DNA from: Parcubacteria group bacterium GW2011_GWA1_56_13
GTDB lineage: Bacteria > Patescibacteriota > Minisyncoccia > Phycocordibacterales > Phycocordibacteraceae
NCBI GenBank assembly: GCA_001004905.1
Contig: LCRY01000003.1
Span: forward strand, 24,830 to 88,829
Direction of reading: 5' to 3'
DNA length: 64,000 nucleotides
The stretch's first letter is position 1. Each line of letters starts with the position of its first letter. A program made the translations under genes and the position numbers. This document shows positions 19,423 to 29,414 of this stretch, piece by piece. The notes beneath the pieces were generated by a model. It was given only the letters and a program-made list of their open reading frames with translations, was not told where the DNA came from and did no database searches.

Positions 19423-20435
19423 AATCCCGCCCCGCATTTGAAGAATTGATAGCGCGCGCCGGAGCGCGGATAGAACTTTCGGCTTCCGAGCGGGAGAAGA
19501 TGCGTTTCGTACTGCGCGAGTATGCGGCGTTCAGGCCGCGGAGGGCGGCACAAGCTCTCCCCGGCTACTGGGCGGCCATCACCGAACGTATCGAATACCT
19601 GGGCCGGCGCGTTCCGGCGTTCGCGCTCGGCGCGCTTGCGCTCATGCTTGTCTCCGGAGGCGTCGCGGCCGCCGCCGAAGGAACACTTCCCGGCGACCTC
19701 TTGTATCCGATCAAGGTCGCCATACTCGAACCGGCGCGGACATCTCTTACGTTCTCGGCGGCTGCGAAGGCCTCGTGGCAAAGGACACTCGCCGAACGTC
19801 GGCTCTCCGAAGCCGCCACGCTCGCCAAGCAGGGGGCCTTGAGCCCGAACATAGAACAAGTCCTCCTTGCGGGATTTGAACGCAGTGCCGGCGCGGCCGA
19901 CGCATCGCTTCGGGAAAGCGGGTACACCGCAAGCACGACCGATGTTTCCACGGCGGATTTCGCGGCACGCCTGTCGGCGTACGAGAGCATTTTCAGGGAG
20001 ATAGACACGACAGATGAGCGGAGCACGACCGGCGCTCTTGAGAGCGCCATACACGCGCAACTCGAACGCTCTGCGAGCACGACCGCCGCCCTCGAAGATG
20101 ATGCGAACGTCACGCATCTGAAAAAAGCGGCGGACGAAGCACTCGACGCGTCGGCGAATTTCCTCGGCTCAATAAACCGGTCGCTTACCGCCTCCACGTC
20201 GGCGCGCGCGCAAAAAGCGTTCGAAGACGCGCAGGAATTTGCGGCGCACGGGGACGAGCTCCTGAAGAAGAACGATGCAAAAGGGGCGTCGAAGGCATTT
20301 CGGACGTCGCTTGATGCGGCGGCGCGTCTCGAAGTGCTCACGCGCGCGGCCGCGACGCTCAATATAGACGCGTTCGCCGCGACGACGTCCCGCAGCGTTC
20401 CCCATACGGAAGATTCCGCATCGGAAGAGGACTAG
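19419..20435 (+). CDS. Putative anti-sigma factor-like membrane protein (DUF5667-like), 4-nt overlap with the sigma gene.
   Basis: ATGA start/stop overlap with the ECF sigma gene. Cytoplasmic N-terminus, a single TM helix (AFALGALALMLVSGGVAAAA), and a long alpha-helical extracytoplasmic domain. Confidence 0.5.
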   Translation: MKSRPAFEELIARAGARIELSASEREKMRFVLREYAAFRPRRAAQALPGYWAAITERIEYLGRRVPAFALGALALMLVSGGVAAAAEGTLPGDLLYPIKVAILEPARTSLTFSAAAKASWQRTLAERRLSEAATLAKQGALSPNIEQVLLAGFERSAGAADASLRESGYTASTTDVSTADFAARLSAYESIFREIDTTDERSTTGALESAIHAQLERSASTTAALEDDANVTHLKKAADEALDASANFLGSINRSLTASTSARAQKAFEDAQEFAAHGDELLKKNDAKGASKAFRTSLDAAARLEVLTRAAATLNIDAFAATTSRSVPHTEDSASEED

Positions 20436-21052
20436 TGTGCGAGGGCGAGCGGAAGGATATTGTTCGCGCCGGCCTCTCGAAGCGCGTCAATGGCGGCTTG
20501 AAGCGTCGCGCCGGTGGTAACGACGTCGTCGATGACGATGTAAAGGCGCGCGGGCGCGGCGGCGCCCGCGCGGAACGCCTCGCGCATATTTTCCTCCCGC
20601 GCGGCGCGTGGCAGCGATACCTGTGACGCCGTCTCGCGAACGCGCTCAAGAAGCGATGGAAGAACCGCGCCACCCCATTTTTCGCCGAGCTCCGCCATCG
20701 CGCCGTTCACTATTTCCTCCACCTGATTGAAGCCGCGCTCGAAACGCCGCTTTTTACCAAGCGGAACCGGCACGAGCGCGGGCCCCGCGCGTCCGTACGG
20801 CACATCGGCTTCCCGCACGTAGTCGGCGAGCGCGCTGGAGAGCAGACGCAATGCGCGCTCACTGCCGTGATACTTCGCCTCATGAATGACCGCCCGCACC
20901 CGTGCGTCGGAGAACGGGAAAAGCGCAACCGTGCCCGGGCGCGTCATCGGCACGAGGCGCGGCGAAAGAAGCGAGAAAAAAGCATCGTCGGAAAAGTCCC
21001 GGAGCGCGACCTCGTCCACACGCGGCGGGAACAGGAAGTCAAGAAAACGCAT
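20432..21052 (-). CDS. comFC: ComF family protein (ComFC-like phosphoribosyltransferase-domain competence protein).
   Basis: PRTase motif LYIVIDDVVTTGATL at the C-terminus; ComFC-like N-terminal region; 206 aa. Confidence 0.7.
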   Translation of the reverse strand: MRFLDFLFPPRVDEVALRDFSDDAFFSLLSPRLVPMTRPGTVALFPFSDARVRAVIHEAKYHGSERALRLLSSALADYVREADVPYGRAGPALVPVPLGKKRRFERGFNQVEEIVNGAMAELGEKWGGAVLPSLLERVRETASQVSLPRAAREENMREAFRAGAAAPARLYIVIDDVVTTGATLQAAIDALREAGANNILPLALAH

Positions 21053-21066
21053 GGTATCATTCTCTC

Positions 21067-22149
21067 ATGTCGCTCCTCGATTCTCTCTTCGGGAAGAAGG
21101 AAAAGAGCGTGCTGGGCGTGGATATTGGCTCCTCGTCGCTAAAAGTCGTGCAGCTGCGCAAGGAAAAAGGGAAGGCGGTGCTCGAAACATACGGCGAACT
21201 CGCACTCGGTCCGTACGGAGGAAGCGAGGTGGGGCAGGCGACGAACCTTTCCGCCGAACAGATCACCGAAACGCTGAAAGACCTTCTGCGCGAGGCGAAA
21301 GTAACGACGAAAAATTGCGCCGTCTCCATACCGTTCGCCCGGTCGCTCCTCACCCTCGTCGAATTGCCGTACCGCGCCGACCCGAAAGAACAAAAAACCG
21401 TCATCGAACTTGAAGCGCGCAAGTATATCCCGGTGCCCATGAGCGAAGTACAGCTCGATTGGTTCATCGTTCCAAGCGCGGGTTCGCCCACCGAGAAGGC
21501 GAGTGCTTCCGCGGGGAAAACCGTCGAGGTACTCCTCGTCGCGGTCCATAACGACGAGATATCCCTTCTGCAGAAAGTGATAGACGGCGCAGAACTCCAC
21601 TCCACGTTCTATGAAATAGAGATCTTCAGCACCATACGGGCGGTGGTAGACGAGCCGGTCAAACCGGTCATGGTCATCGACGTCGGGGCGGCTTCCACGA
21701 AGGCCTACGTCATCGAACACGGGGTCGTGGCACTCTCGCATTCGATAGCGACCGGAAGCCAGGACATCACGCGCGCCATCGCCATTTCCGGCAATTTCTC
21801 CATTGCACAGGCCGAGGCGCTGAAGAAGAAGGAGGGTCTCGCCGGGGACGACACGCTCGGCTCGCCGGAGCTTGTGTTCTCGCGCATTTTCTCGGAGGTG
21901 CGCCGCGTGCTCATACAGTATGAGACGGCGCATCAGAAATCGGTTACTTCCATCATATTCACCGGCGGCGGCGGGGTCACCAAGGAGCTCGGCATATACG
22001 CGAAAAAGACCTTCTCCATCGATGTGCGCATCGCGGACCCGTTCCTAAAGACGGAAGCGCCCGCGTTCATGCGGCCGGTGCTGGAGGGGATCGGCCCCGA
22101 ATTCGCGGTGGCCGTCGGTCTCGCGCTCCGCAAGCTCGGAGAAACGTAA
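21067..22149 (+). CDS. pilM: Type IV pilus assembly protein PilM (actin-like ATPase fold).
   Basis: VLGVDIGSSSLKVVQL...; 360 aa. Start refined to MSLLDSLFGKKEK at 21067. Confidence 0.85.
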   Translation: MSLLDSLFGKKEKSVLGVDIGSSSLKVVQLRKEKGKAVLETYGELALGPYGGSEVGQATNLSAEQITETLKDLLREAKVTTKNCAVSIPFARSLLTLVELPYRADPKEQKTVIELEARKYIPVPMSEVQLDWFIVPSAGSPTEKASASAGKTVEVLLVAVHNDEISLLQKVIDGAELHSTFYEIEIFSTIRAVVDEPVKPVMVIDVGAASTKAYVIEHGVVALSHSIATGSQDITRAIAISGNFSIAQAEALKKKEGLAGDDTLGSPELVFSRIFSEVRRVLIQYETAHQKSVTSIIFTGGGGVTKELGIYAKKTFSIDVRIADPFLKTEAPAFMRPVLEGIGPEFAVAVGLALRKLGET

Positions 22150-22212
22150 TCCTTCCACTTTTACACAGGCGTCGCACCCCTTCCTTGCGGAAGTGTCGTA
22201 TACTGAACGGAA

Positions 22213-22794
22213 ATGGCTCTTCCTCCGACCATACCGACGTCGTTCGTTCCCCATCCGACCGGAGCGGCTCCGCGCAGGTTCCGCGCAGACCTCACCGGCG
22301 CGTTCGATTTTTTCGCTTACGGCGTTCTCGGCTTCGTTTTCATACTCGCGCTCGGAGTTTTTCTCTACGGGCGCGTCCTTGCCGCGGATAAACTCGCAAA
22401 AGACGCGAAGGTCAGCGCCGCGTTGACATCGATAGACCTGGAGACGGTTGATGATTTCGTGCGGCTGCGCGACCGTTTGACGTCCGGCCAGGTCCTGCTT
22501 GAGAAGCACATGGCGTTCTCGACGCTCTTCGCGGCGCTCGAGAAGCTCCTGCCCGCCACCGTCCGTTTCACTTCGCTCCGCCTCTCGATCGACTCGAGCG
22601 GTGCCACAAGCATGGAGGGTTCCGGCGTTGCGAAAAGCTTCAATGCGCTTGCCGCCACCTCCGCCGCGTTCGCGCAGGATGGCCGCATCAAAGATGCCAT
22701 CTTTTCCAACATAACCGTCAACGCGAAGGACAGTTCCGTCAGCTTCACGCTTTCCGCCATGCTCGAGCCGGACATCACCGCCTTCACGCCATGA
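22213..22794 (+). CDS. pilN: PilN-like pilus assembly protein (bitopic).
   Basis: One N-terminal TM helix (FFAYGVLGFVFILALGVFLYG) and a periplasmic coiled-coil/ferredoxin-like domain. Position directly after pilM. Confidence 0.55.
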   Translation: MALPPTIPTSFVPHPTGAAPRRFRADLTGAFDFFAYGVLGFVFILALGVFLYGRVLAADKLAKDAKVSAALTSIDLETVDDFVRLRDRLTSGQVLLEKHMAFSTLFAALEKLLPATVRFTSLRLSIDSSGATSMEGSGVAKSFNALAATSAAFAQDGRIKDAIFSNITVNAKDSSVSFTLSAMLEPDITAFTP

Positions 22795-23354
22795 ACAGTC
22801 ACCTCCTCCCCATCCTCGCGCTCATGATCGCCGTCGGCATCTTCTTCGTCTACGTACATCCGACCTGGTCCGGTTCCATAGCGCTCACCAAGCAGGCCAT
22901 CGCGACCGACGTTCAGGCACTCGCCGCCGCGGACGAATACAAGGCGAACCAAAATGCGCTCGCCGCCGCGCGGGACGCCATTGATCCGGCGAATCTCGAG
23001 CGCCTGAAGATCTTTCTTCCCGATTCGGTGGATAATGTCGGGCTCATTCTCAACATCAATGCGCTTGCGGCGCGCTCGGGACTTTCTCTCTCGAACATTG
23101 ACGTCGCGAAAGGCAGTTCGATGGGCAACAGCGAGACATCCGGCGCGGCCGCCCTGCCGACCGACGAGGCGAACCCGGTCGGCTCGATCGATCTTTCGCT
23201 CTCCGCAGTCGGCTCCTACGCGGCGCTACAGGCATTTCTCGCCGGCCTCGAAAAAAGCGCCCGTCTCCTCGATATCCGCGACATCACGGTCAAAGGCTCC
23301 GACACGGGCGTCTACAACTACCAGATGACCGTACGCCTCTATTGGCTGCGCTAA
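22791..23354 (+). CDS. pilO: PilO-like pilus assembly protein (bitopic).
   Basis: N-terminal TM helix (LLPILALMIAVGIFFVYV) then a coiled-coil. 4-nt overlap with pilN. Confidence 0.5.
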   Translation: MNSHLLPILALMIAVGIFFVYVHPTWSGSIALTKQAIATDVQALAAADEYKANQNALAAARDAIDPANLERLKIFLPDSVDNVGLILNINALAARSGLSLSNIDVAKGSSMGNSETSGAAALPTDEANPVGSIDLSLSAVGSYAALQAFLAGLEKSARLLDIRDITVKGSDTGVYNYQMTVRLYWLR

Positions 23355-23364
23355 TGACATTACG

Positions 23365-23664
23365 ATGAAATCAAACACCATCACTCTCATCGTCCTGACA
23401 CTCCTTGCCGCCGCGGCCGCGTACTGGTTCTTCTTTTCCGGGTCCGGCAACGAACCGCCCCTGACGGTCGCAATCTCCACCGAGAGCGAGGCCCAGGCGC
23501 GATTTCAGGCGTTGGCGAGCGAACTCCAGCCCCTTACGTTCGATACGGGCATTTTCTCCGAAGCGCGTTTCTTGGCGCTCGTGGATATCACGACTCCCGT
23601 CACACCCGAAACGGCGGGGCGCCTTGATCCCTTTGCTCCCGTTCCCGGCGTCAGCGCAAAATGA
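23365..23664 (+). CDS. Small secreted/anchored protein, possibly PilP-like.
   Basis: 99 aa with an N-terminal hydrophobic segment; context between pilO and pilB only. Confidence 0.3.
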   Translation: MKSNTITLIVLTLLAAAAAYWFFFSGSGNEPPLTVAISTESEAQARFQALASELQPLTFDTGIFSEARFLALVDITTPVTPETAGRLDPFAPVPGVSAK

Positions 23665-23667
23665 GTA

Positions 23668-25446
23668 ATGAACCTTCTCGGACTACTCGTCGATAAAGGC
23701 CTTCTCCCAGTAAAGGAACGTGCCGCGGTCGAGGCGGAAGTCGCGAAGAACCGCCCGCTTGCCGACGTGCTCGCCGAACACAATGTGTCGCTCACGGACG
23801 CCCTTGCCGAAGCGGGGAAGGCGTACGGGCTTCCCGTCCGCACCCTCGGCGATCCGCCCGCCGATGAAGCCGTCTTCCAGTACATCCCGATCGACTCCGC
23901 GCGCCACTACGGATTCGTGCCGCTCGCCATGGCCGATGGAGCGCTTGAGATCGGCATAACCGACCCGGACAACATAGAGGCGCTCGACGCGCTCCAATTC
24001 ATCTCGGGGAAGATAGGCATTCCGTACAAGATATTCCTCATCACGGAACAGGATTTCGACCGCGTTATCGATACGTACCAGAACATCTCCGGGGAGATCG
24101 GCAGAGCGCTCTCCGAATACGATACGACCGCCAAGCCCCCGGTCGCGCAGGGCGCGCCGCCCTCTCCCGATGCGGGTGGGCCGCTCTCCGAGGAGGAGGC
24201 GCTGAACCTGGCCGGCTCACGCGAGAGCCTGAAGGAGGATGCGCCGGTGACGAAGATCGTTTCCACGATACTGCGCTACGCCATCGACGGACGCTCGTCC
24301 GACGTTCATATTGAGCCATCGCCGACGAAAACGCGCGTCCGCTTCCGTATGGACGGCGACCTGCACACATCACTTGAATTGCCGACGAAAGTGCACGAGG
24401 CGGTCGTCGCACGCATCAAGATCCTCGCGAAGCTGCGTCTCGATGAGAAGCGCAAGCCGCAGGACGGGCGCTTTTCGGCGACGGTGGAGAATCGGCGCAT
24501 CGATTTCCGCGTCTCGACATTCCCGACCGAATACGGCGAAAAGGTCGTGATGCGCATCCTCGACCGCTCCGATGCGACGGCGACGCTTACCTCGATCGGG
24601 TTGTCGAACACACAGCTCGCGGCGATCCGCGACATGATGAAAGTCCCGTACGGCATCATCCTCATCGCGGGACCGACCGGTTCGGGCAAGTCCACGACCC
24701 TCTTCGCCATGCTTTCCGAGACCGATCGCGAAACCGAAAACGTCGTATCGCTCGAAGATCCGGTCGAATACGAGATCCCGGGTGTCGCGCAGAGTCAGGT
24801 ACGGCCGGAGATCGACTACACATTCGCCAACGGACTCCGTTCCATCCTGCGGCAGGACCCGGACGTCATCATGGTCGGCGAGATACGCGACAAGGAGACG
24901 GCCGTGCTCGCGGTACAGGCCGCGCTCACCGGCCACCTCGTGTTTTCTACCATCCACACCAATACCGCGGTGGGAGCGATCCCGCGCCTCATTGACATGG
25001 GGGTTGACCCGTTCCTCATCGCGCCGACCCTCATCTCCGTCATCGGACAGCGCCTCGTGCGCAAGCTCTGTCCCGGCGCGGGAAAAGCGTTCCCGGCCAA
25101 GGACAGCATCAAAGTATTTTTGGAGCGGCAATTCGCCGATCTGCCATCCGAATACCGCAAGACGCTGCCCGTCTTTAAGGAGTTCTATCATGCGGCTCCG
25201 ACGGCCGAGTGTCCGAACGGCACGCGCGGTCGTACGGGCGTTTTCGAGATCTTGCGCATGAACAAAAGCCTCGAACAAGTCGTGCTTAAAGAACCGGTCG
25301 AGGAGAACATCTACGCCGCCGCCCGCGCGGGTGGCATGCTCACCATGCGCGAAGATGCGATCGTGAAAGCGCTTCGGGGTGAGATACCCTTCGAGGAGGT
25401 CAACACGCTCGGCGGGGAACTTTTCCCCGAAGGGGACGTCGCCTGA
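23668..25446 (+). CDS. pilB: Type IV pilus assembly ATPase PilB (GspE family).
   Basis: Walker A GPTGSGKST; Asp box; His box (VGEIRDKETAVLAVQAALTGHLVFSTIHTN); N-terminal GSPII domain. Confidence 0.9.
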   Translation: MNLLGLLVDKGLLPVKERAAVEAEVAKNRPLADVLAEHNVSLTDALAEAGKAYGLPVRTLGDPPADEAVFQYIPIDSARHYGFVPLAMADGALEIGITDPDNIEALDALQFISGKIGIPYKIFLITEQDFDRVIDTYQNISGEIGRALSEYDTTAKPPVAQGAPPSPDAGGPLSEEEALNLAGSRESLKEDAPVTKIVSTILRYAIDGRSSDVHIEPSPTKTRVRFRMDGDLHTSLELPTKVHEAVVARIKILAKLRLDEKRKPQDGRFSATVENRRIDFRVSTFPTEYGEKVVMRILDRSDATATLTSIGLSNTQLAAIRDMMKVPYGIILIAGPTGSGKSTTLFAMLSETDRETENVVSLEDPVEYEIPGVAQSQVRPEIDYTFANGLRSILRQDPDVIMVGEIRDKETAVLAVQAALTGHLVFSTIHTNTAVGAIPRLIDMGVDPFLIAPTLISVIGQRLVRKLCPGAGKAFPAKDSIKVFLERQFADLPSEYRKTLPVFKEFYHAAPTAECPNGTRGRTGVFEILRMNKSLEQVVLKEPVEENIYAAARAGGMLTMREDAIVKALRGEIPFEEVNTLGGELFPEGDVA

Positions 25447-25558
25447 CCCCGTGAGATACATAATCCCGATTTTTCATCGAATCCCCGTTATTGTCTTTTC
25501 CCCATGTGGGCGCCGCACGCGGTAACGCAAAGGTATCTCACGAGGTATACTTTTTACG

Positions 25559-25969
25559 ATGGCTTACCGCGTCTATCTCGTTGATGATGACCGATTCTTA
25601 CTCGACCTGTACGCGATCAAATTCCGCGATGCCGGTCATGAGGTAGCCGTATTCAGCGGCGGCGAGGACCTTCTTGCCGCGCTCCGAAAGGAAAGCGCGC
25701 CGGTTCCCGACGTCATTCTGCTTGACCTCATCATGCCGGGGATAAGCGGTTTTGAAACACTTGAAACGATACGGAAGGAGCGTCTCGCGAAGGGTACGAA
25801 GATAGTCATTCTTTCCAATCAGGGCCAGGACTCCGATATCGAGAAAGCGAAACAGCTTCAGGCCGACGGCTACATCATCAAGGCGTCCGCGATCCCTTCC
25901 GAAGTATTTGCCGAGACCCTGCGCACTATCGAGGGAGGTCGTTCCGCCGCTACCGGGGGAATATCATGA
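25559..25969 (+). CDS. Single-domain response regulator (CheY/PilH-like) embedded between pilB and pilT.
   Basis: VYLVDDD...DVILLDLIMPGISGFETL...KIVILSNQ...ADGYIIK. Overlaps the pilT start by 4 nt. Confidence 0.8.
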   Translation: MAYRVYLVDDDRFLLDLYAIKFRDAGHEVAVFSGGEDLLAALRKESAPVPDVILLDLIMPGISGFETLETIRKERLAKGTKIVILSNQGQDSDIEKAKQLQADGYIIKASAIPSEVFAETLRTIEGGRSAATGGIS

Positions 25970-27027
25970 TCGCCGATAAGCGCCTCGGAGAACTTCTGGA
26001 TATCGTCGTCAAAGAAGGCGCTTCCGATGTTCATATTTCCGCCGCCGGTCCGCCGGTCCTGCGCGTGGCGGGCACGCTCATTCCCGTCGCGAAACATCCG
26101 GCGTTTTCGAACGAGGACACCGAAGCGATGCTGAAAAGCATCGTCCCCGAAGAGCGCTGGAATTCGTTCCGGGCGAACCAGACCATTGACCTGTCCTATG
26201 CGCATAAAGCGGATGCGCGCTTCCGCGTTAACGGTTACCGCGCGCAGGGGTCGGTCTCGCTCTCGCTCCGGCTCATCCCGCATGCGATCCAGACGTTCAC
26301 CGAACTGAACCTTCCTCCCGTGCTTGAGGTATTCACCCAACGCGAACAGGGGTTCTTCCTCTGCGTGGGGCCGGTGGGGCAGGGCAAATCCACGACGCTC
26401 GCCGCCATGATCAACCGCATCAACGACTCGCGGGCAGAGCACATCCTCACTATCGAGGATCCGATAGAATATCTCTTTCCGCAGAAGAAATCCCTTATCC
26501 ACCAACGCGAAGTCCACATCGACACGCCCGATTTCCATACTGCGCTCCAAAGCGCGTTCCGCGAAGACGTCGATGTCATCATGGTCGGCGAGATGCGTGA
26601 TTACGAGACCATTTCTTCGGCGGTAACCGCCGCCGAGACCGGTCACCTCGTCTTCTCGACGCTTCACACAAATAACGCCGCGCAGACCATCGACCGCATC
26701 ATTGACATGTTCCCCGCCGAACAGCAAGGTCAGGTGCGCGTACAGCTCGCCGGCTCCCTGGTCGGCATCTTCTCCCAGCGGCTCATCCCGCGCGTCTCGG
26801 GCGGACTCATTCCCGCGTATGAGCTTCTGATCAACAACAATGCGGTCGGCACCTTGATACGCGACGCACGTACGCACGAGATCAGTGCCATCGTCCAAAC
26901 CTCGTCGGAGGAGGGCATGATCGACATGGACCGTTCGCTCGCCGACCTCGTACACCGAGGGGAAGTGACGGTCGAGCACGCCTACGAGCATTCGATGGAT
27001 CCGAAGACCTTCGAGCGCTATCTCTAA
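25966..27027 (+). CDS. pilT: Twitching-motility / pilus retraction ATPase PilT.
   Basis: GPVGQGKSTT Walker A; Asp and His boxes (IMVGEMRDYETISSAVTAAETGHLVFSTLHTN); 353 aa. Confidence 0.9.
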   Translation: MIADKRLGELLDIVVKEGASDVHISAAGPPVLRVAGTLIPVAKHPAFSNEDTEAMLKSIVPEERWNSFRANQTIDLSYAHKADARFRVNGYRAQGSVSLSLRLIPHAIQTFTELNLPPVLEVFTQREQGFFLCVGPVGQGKSTTLAAMINRINDSRAEHILTIEDPIEYLFPQKKSLIHQREVHIDTPDFHTALQSAFREDVDVIMVGEMRDYETISSAVTAAETGHLVFSTLHTNNAAQTIDRIIDMFPAEQQGQVRVQLAGSLVGIFSQRLIPRVSGGLIPAYELLINNNAVGTLIRDARTHEISAIVQTSSEEGMIDMDRSLADLVHRGEVTVEHAYEHSMDPKTFERYL

Positions 27028-27029
27028 AT

Positions 27030-28235
27030 ATGTTATTTAAATACCACGCGATCGACCAAGACGGGCACGAAAGGGACGGGACCATCGAAGCCCCCTCGCA
27101 GGAGGTCGCCGTATCCGCGCTCCAACGCCGCAGTCTGATCATCTCGAAAATTGAATCCGCTGAAAAAACGTCGCTCCTTGAATCCAACTTGTCGTTCTTC
27201 GACCGGGTGAGCAACAAGGACGTTGTCATTCTTTCGCGACAGATAGCGACTCTTTTTGAAGCGCAGGTGCCCGCGCTCCGTGTCTTCCGCCTTCTCGCGA
27301 GCGAGGTCGATAACAAAAAGCTCGCCACCGTCCTCTCGCAGGTCGGAGATGACCTCCAGGGAGGAAGTCCCATCAGCAAGGCGCTCTCGCGCCACCCCAC
27401 GATTTTTACCGTGTTCTATGTGAACATGGTGCGGGCCGGGGAAGAGTCGGGGAGATTGTCGGAGACATTCGTCTATCTCGCCGATTATCTCGACCGCTCC
27501 TATGACATTTTGAGCAAAGCCGAGAACGCGCTCATCTACCCGATGTTCGTCATCGCCACATTCTTCGGCGTTATGGCGCTCATGCTTACGCTGGTTATCC
27601 CGAAGATCAGCGCCATTCTCGTTGACTCCGGTCAGGCGGTGCCGATCTACACCAAAATCGTCATCGGTTTCTCCAACCTGCTCGTCAATTACGGCGTCTT
27701 CCTTCTCATCGCGCTTGTGGCCGGCGGCTTTTATCTCCGACAGCTCGGGAAGACCGAACGCGGGAAACTGATCATGGACAGTTTAAAACTCTCGATCCCC
27801 TATGTCGGCGACCTCTATAAAAAACTCTATCTCGCTCGCATGGCGGACAATCTCTCCACCATGCTCCTGTCCGGCATCCCGGTCGTCGAGGCCATCGATA
27901 TCACGGGTTCGGTCGTCGGCAATGCCGCATACGAGATGGTGCTTACCGAGACGGGCAAGGATGTCAAAGGCGGTTCCTCCATCTCGGGCGCTCTTGGGAA
28001 ACACCCGGAGATACCGGGAATCATGGTCGCGATGACGAAGGTGGGCGAGGAATCGGGCGAGCTCGGCAAGATACTCACGACGCTCGCGAAGTTCTACAGC
28101 CGCGAGGTGACGAACGCCGTAGACACGCTGGTCGGGCTCATAGAGCCGATCATGATCGTCCTCCTCGGTCTCGGTGTCGGCACGCTTCTCGCCGCCGTCC
28201 TCCTGCCTATCTATAATCTTGCGGGCTCCATATAA
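27030..28235 (+). CDS. pilC: Type IV pilus inner-membrane platform protein PilC (GspF family).
   Basis: Two tandem GspF repeats, each with a cytoplasmic domain and TM helices; 401 aa. Confidence 0.85.
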   Translation: MLFKYHAIDQDGHERDGTIEAPSQEVAVSALQRRSLIISKIESAEKTSLLESNLSFFDRVSNKDVVILSRQIATLFEAQVPALRVFRLLASEVDNKKLATVLSQVGDDLQGGSPISKALSRHPTIFTVFYVNMVRAGEESGRLSETFVYLADYLDRSYDILSKAENALIYPMFVIATFFGVMALMLTLVIPKISAILVDSGQAVPIYTKIVIGFSNLLVNYGVFLLIALVAGGFYLRQLGKTERGKLIMDSLKLSIPYVGDLYKKLYLARMADNLSTMLLSGIPVVEAIDITGSVVGNAAYEMVLTETGKDVKGGSSISGALGKHPEIPGIMVAMTKVGEESGELGKILTTLAKFYSREVTNAVDTLVGLIEPIMIVLLGLGVGTLLAAVLLPIYNLAGSI

Positions 28236-28311
28236 GGGACTATCCACACCTTGCTTCCTTAGGGAGCGCTCTAGGCGCTATAATCCAGCTATTAGCCGCA
28301 TACAACATACC

Positions 28312-28773
28312 ATGTACAAAAATCGTTCCCAGGCCCTCATCCTGAGCTCGTCGCGGGGCTTCACCCTTATCGAATTGCTCGTCGTCATCGCAATCATCGG
28401 CATACTTTCGGCGGTCGTGCTCGCGTCTCTCAACACCGCTCGCTCAAAGGGCAACGATGCCGCCATCCAGTCGGATCTTTCAACCATCCAGACGCAGGCG
28501 GAGATCTTCTACGGCGGCGCTGGCGGCAACACCTACACGGGGGTCTGTGCGGAATCGACCGTTGCAAAGGCGATCGCGGCCGCCGAAGTCGCGAACGGCA
28601 GCGGCACCGTCGTATGCAACGTGGCCGCCAACGGCACCGCGTATGCGGTCTCGTCGGGCCTGCAGGCGGGCATAACGATAGGGGGCGCAACCAACATGTA
28701 CTGGTGCGTGGATAGCACGGGTAATGCGAAGTCCCACGCTTCGGCGCTTGGAGCGGCGACGGCTTGTCCGTAA
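28312..28773 (+). CDS. pilA: Type IV pilin (major pilin candidate).
   Basis: Leader MYKNRSQALILSSSRG|FTLIELLVVIAIIGILSAVVLASLNTAR. Start refined to ATG 28312. Confidence 0.8.
   Translation: MYKNRSQALILSSSRGFTLIELLVVIAIIGILSAVVLASLNTARSKGNDAAIQSDLSTIQTQAEIFYGGAGGNTYTGVCAESTVAKAIAAAEVANGSGTVVCNVAANGTAYAVSSGLQAGITIGGATNMYWCVDSTGNAKSHASALGAATACP
28356..28453 (+). repeat. About 95-bp identical DNA segment shared by the two tandem pilin genes (copy 1).
   Basis: cttcacccttatcgaattgctcgtcgtcatcgcaatcatcggcatactttcggcggtcgtgctcgcgtctctcaacaccgctcgctcaaaggg is identical to 28895-28992. Confidence 0.85.
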
Positions 28774-28796
28774 TCTACGTCTCACACCGGAGAATT

Positions 28797-29330
28797 ATGA
28801 AAAGATATAACAAACTCGCGTGGCACGGACGCGGTGCCTATAACCTCTTCGAGGTTCGGGCGTCCGAAGCGTCCATAAGACATGGCTTCGGTGCGGGCTT
28901 CACCCTTATCGAATTGCTCGTCGTCATCGCAATCATCGGCATACTTTCGGCGGTCGTGCTCGCGTCTCTCAACACCGCTCGCTCAAAGGGTCAGGATGCG
29001 GCGATACAGTCCGACCTGGACGGTGTCCGGACACAAGCCCAACTCTACTTCAGCGACAACGGAAATGCCTACGGTACGAACATCGCGGTTGAGAGCGACT
29101 GTGCGGCGACCGACAATCTCTTCAGCGATCCCACTATCGCGAACCAGGTCAGTGCGGCCGATGCGGCAAACGGGAATACGCTCGGTATCACCTGCAACGT
29201 GAGCGCTGGCGGTACCGCCTACGCAGTATCCGCAGCGCTTGTCGCGAGCGCAGGCTCCTACTACTGCATTGATAGTACGGGCGTCGGCACCACCACTACG
29301 ACCGCGCTTGGCACGAACACGAGCTGCTAG
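28797..29330 (+). CDS. Type IV pilin paralog with an unusually long leader.
   Basis: ...HGFGAG|FTLIELLVVIAIIGILSAVVLASLNTARSKGQD. A 35-aa leader if it starts at ATG 28797; the C-terminal region diverges from pilin 1. Confidence 0.7.
   Translation: MKRYNKLAWHGRGAYNLFEVRASEASIRHGFGAGFTLIELLVVIAIIGILSAVVLASLNTARSKGQDAAIQSDLDGVRTQAQLYFSDNGNAYGTNIAVESDCAATDNLFSDPTIANQVSAADAANGNTLGITCNVSAGGTAYAVSAALVASAGSYYCIDSTGVGTTTTTALGTNTSC
28895..28992 (+). repeat. About 95-bp identical DNA segment shared by the two tandem pilin genes (copy 2).
   Basis: Identical to 28356-28453. Confidence 0.85.
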
Positions 29331-29414
29331 CAGGATTCTTCTCCGAAAGCGGCCTCGTTGAGAACGGCGTAGCCGTCATCTCGCGAGGCCGCTTCGCGTT
29401 ATACTGAAAACCGC

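Noticed and set aside
24370-25461. 363-aa minus-strand ORF.
   Set aside because: It is entirely antisense to pilB, which has strong motif support.
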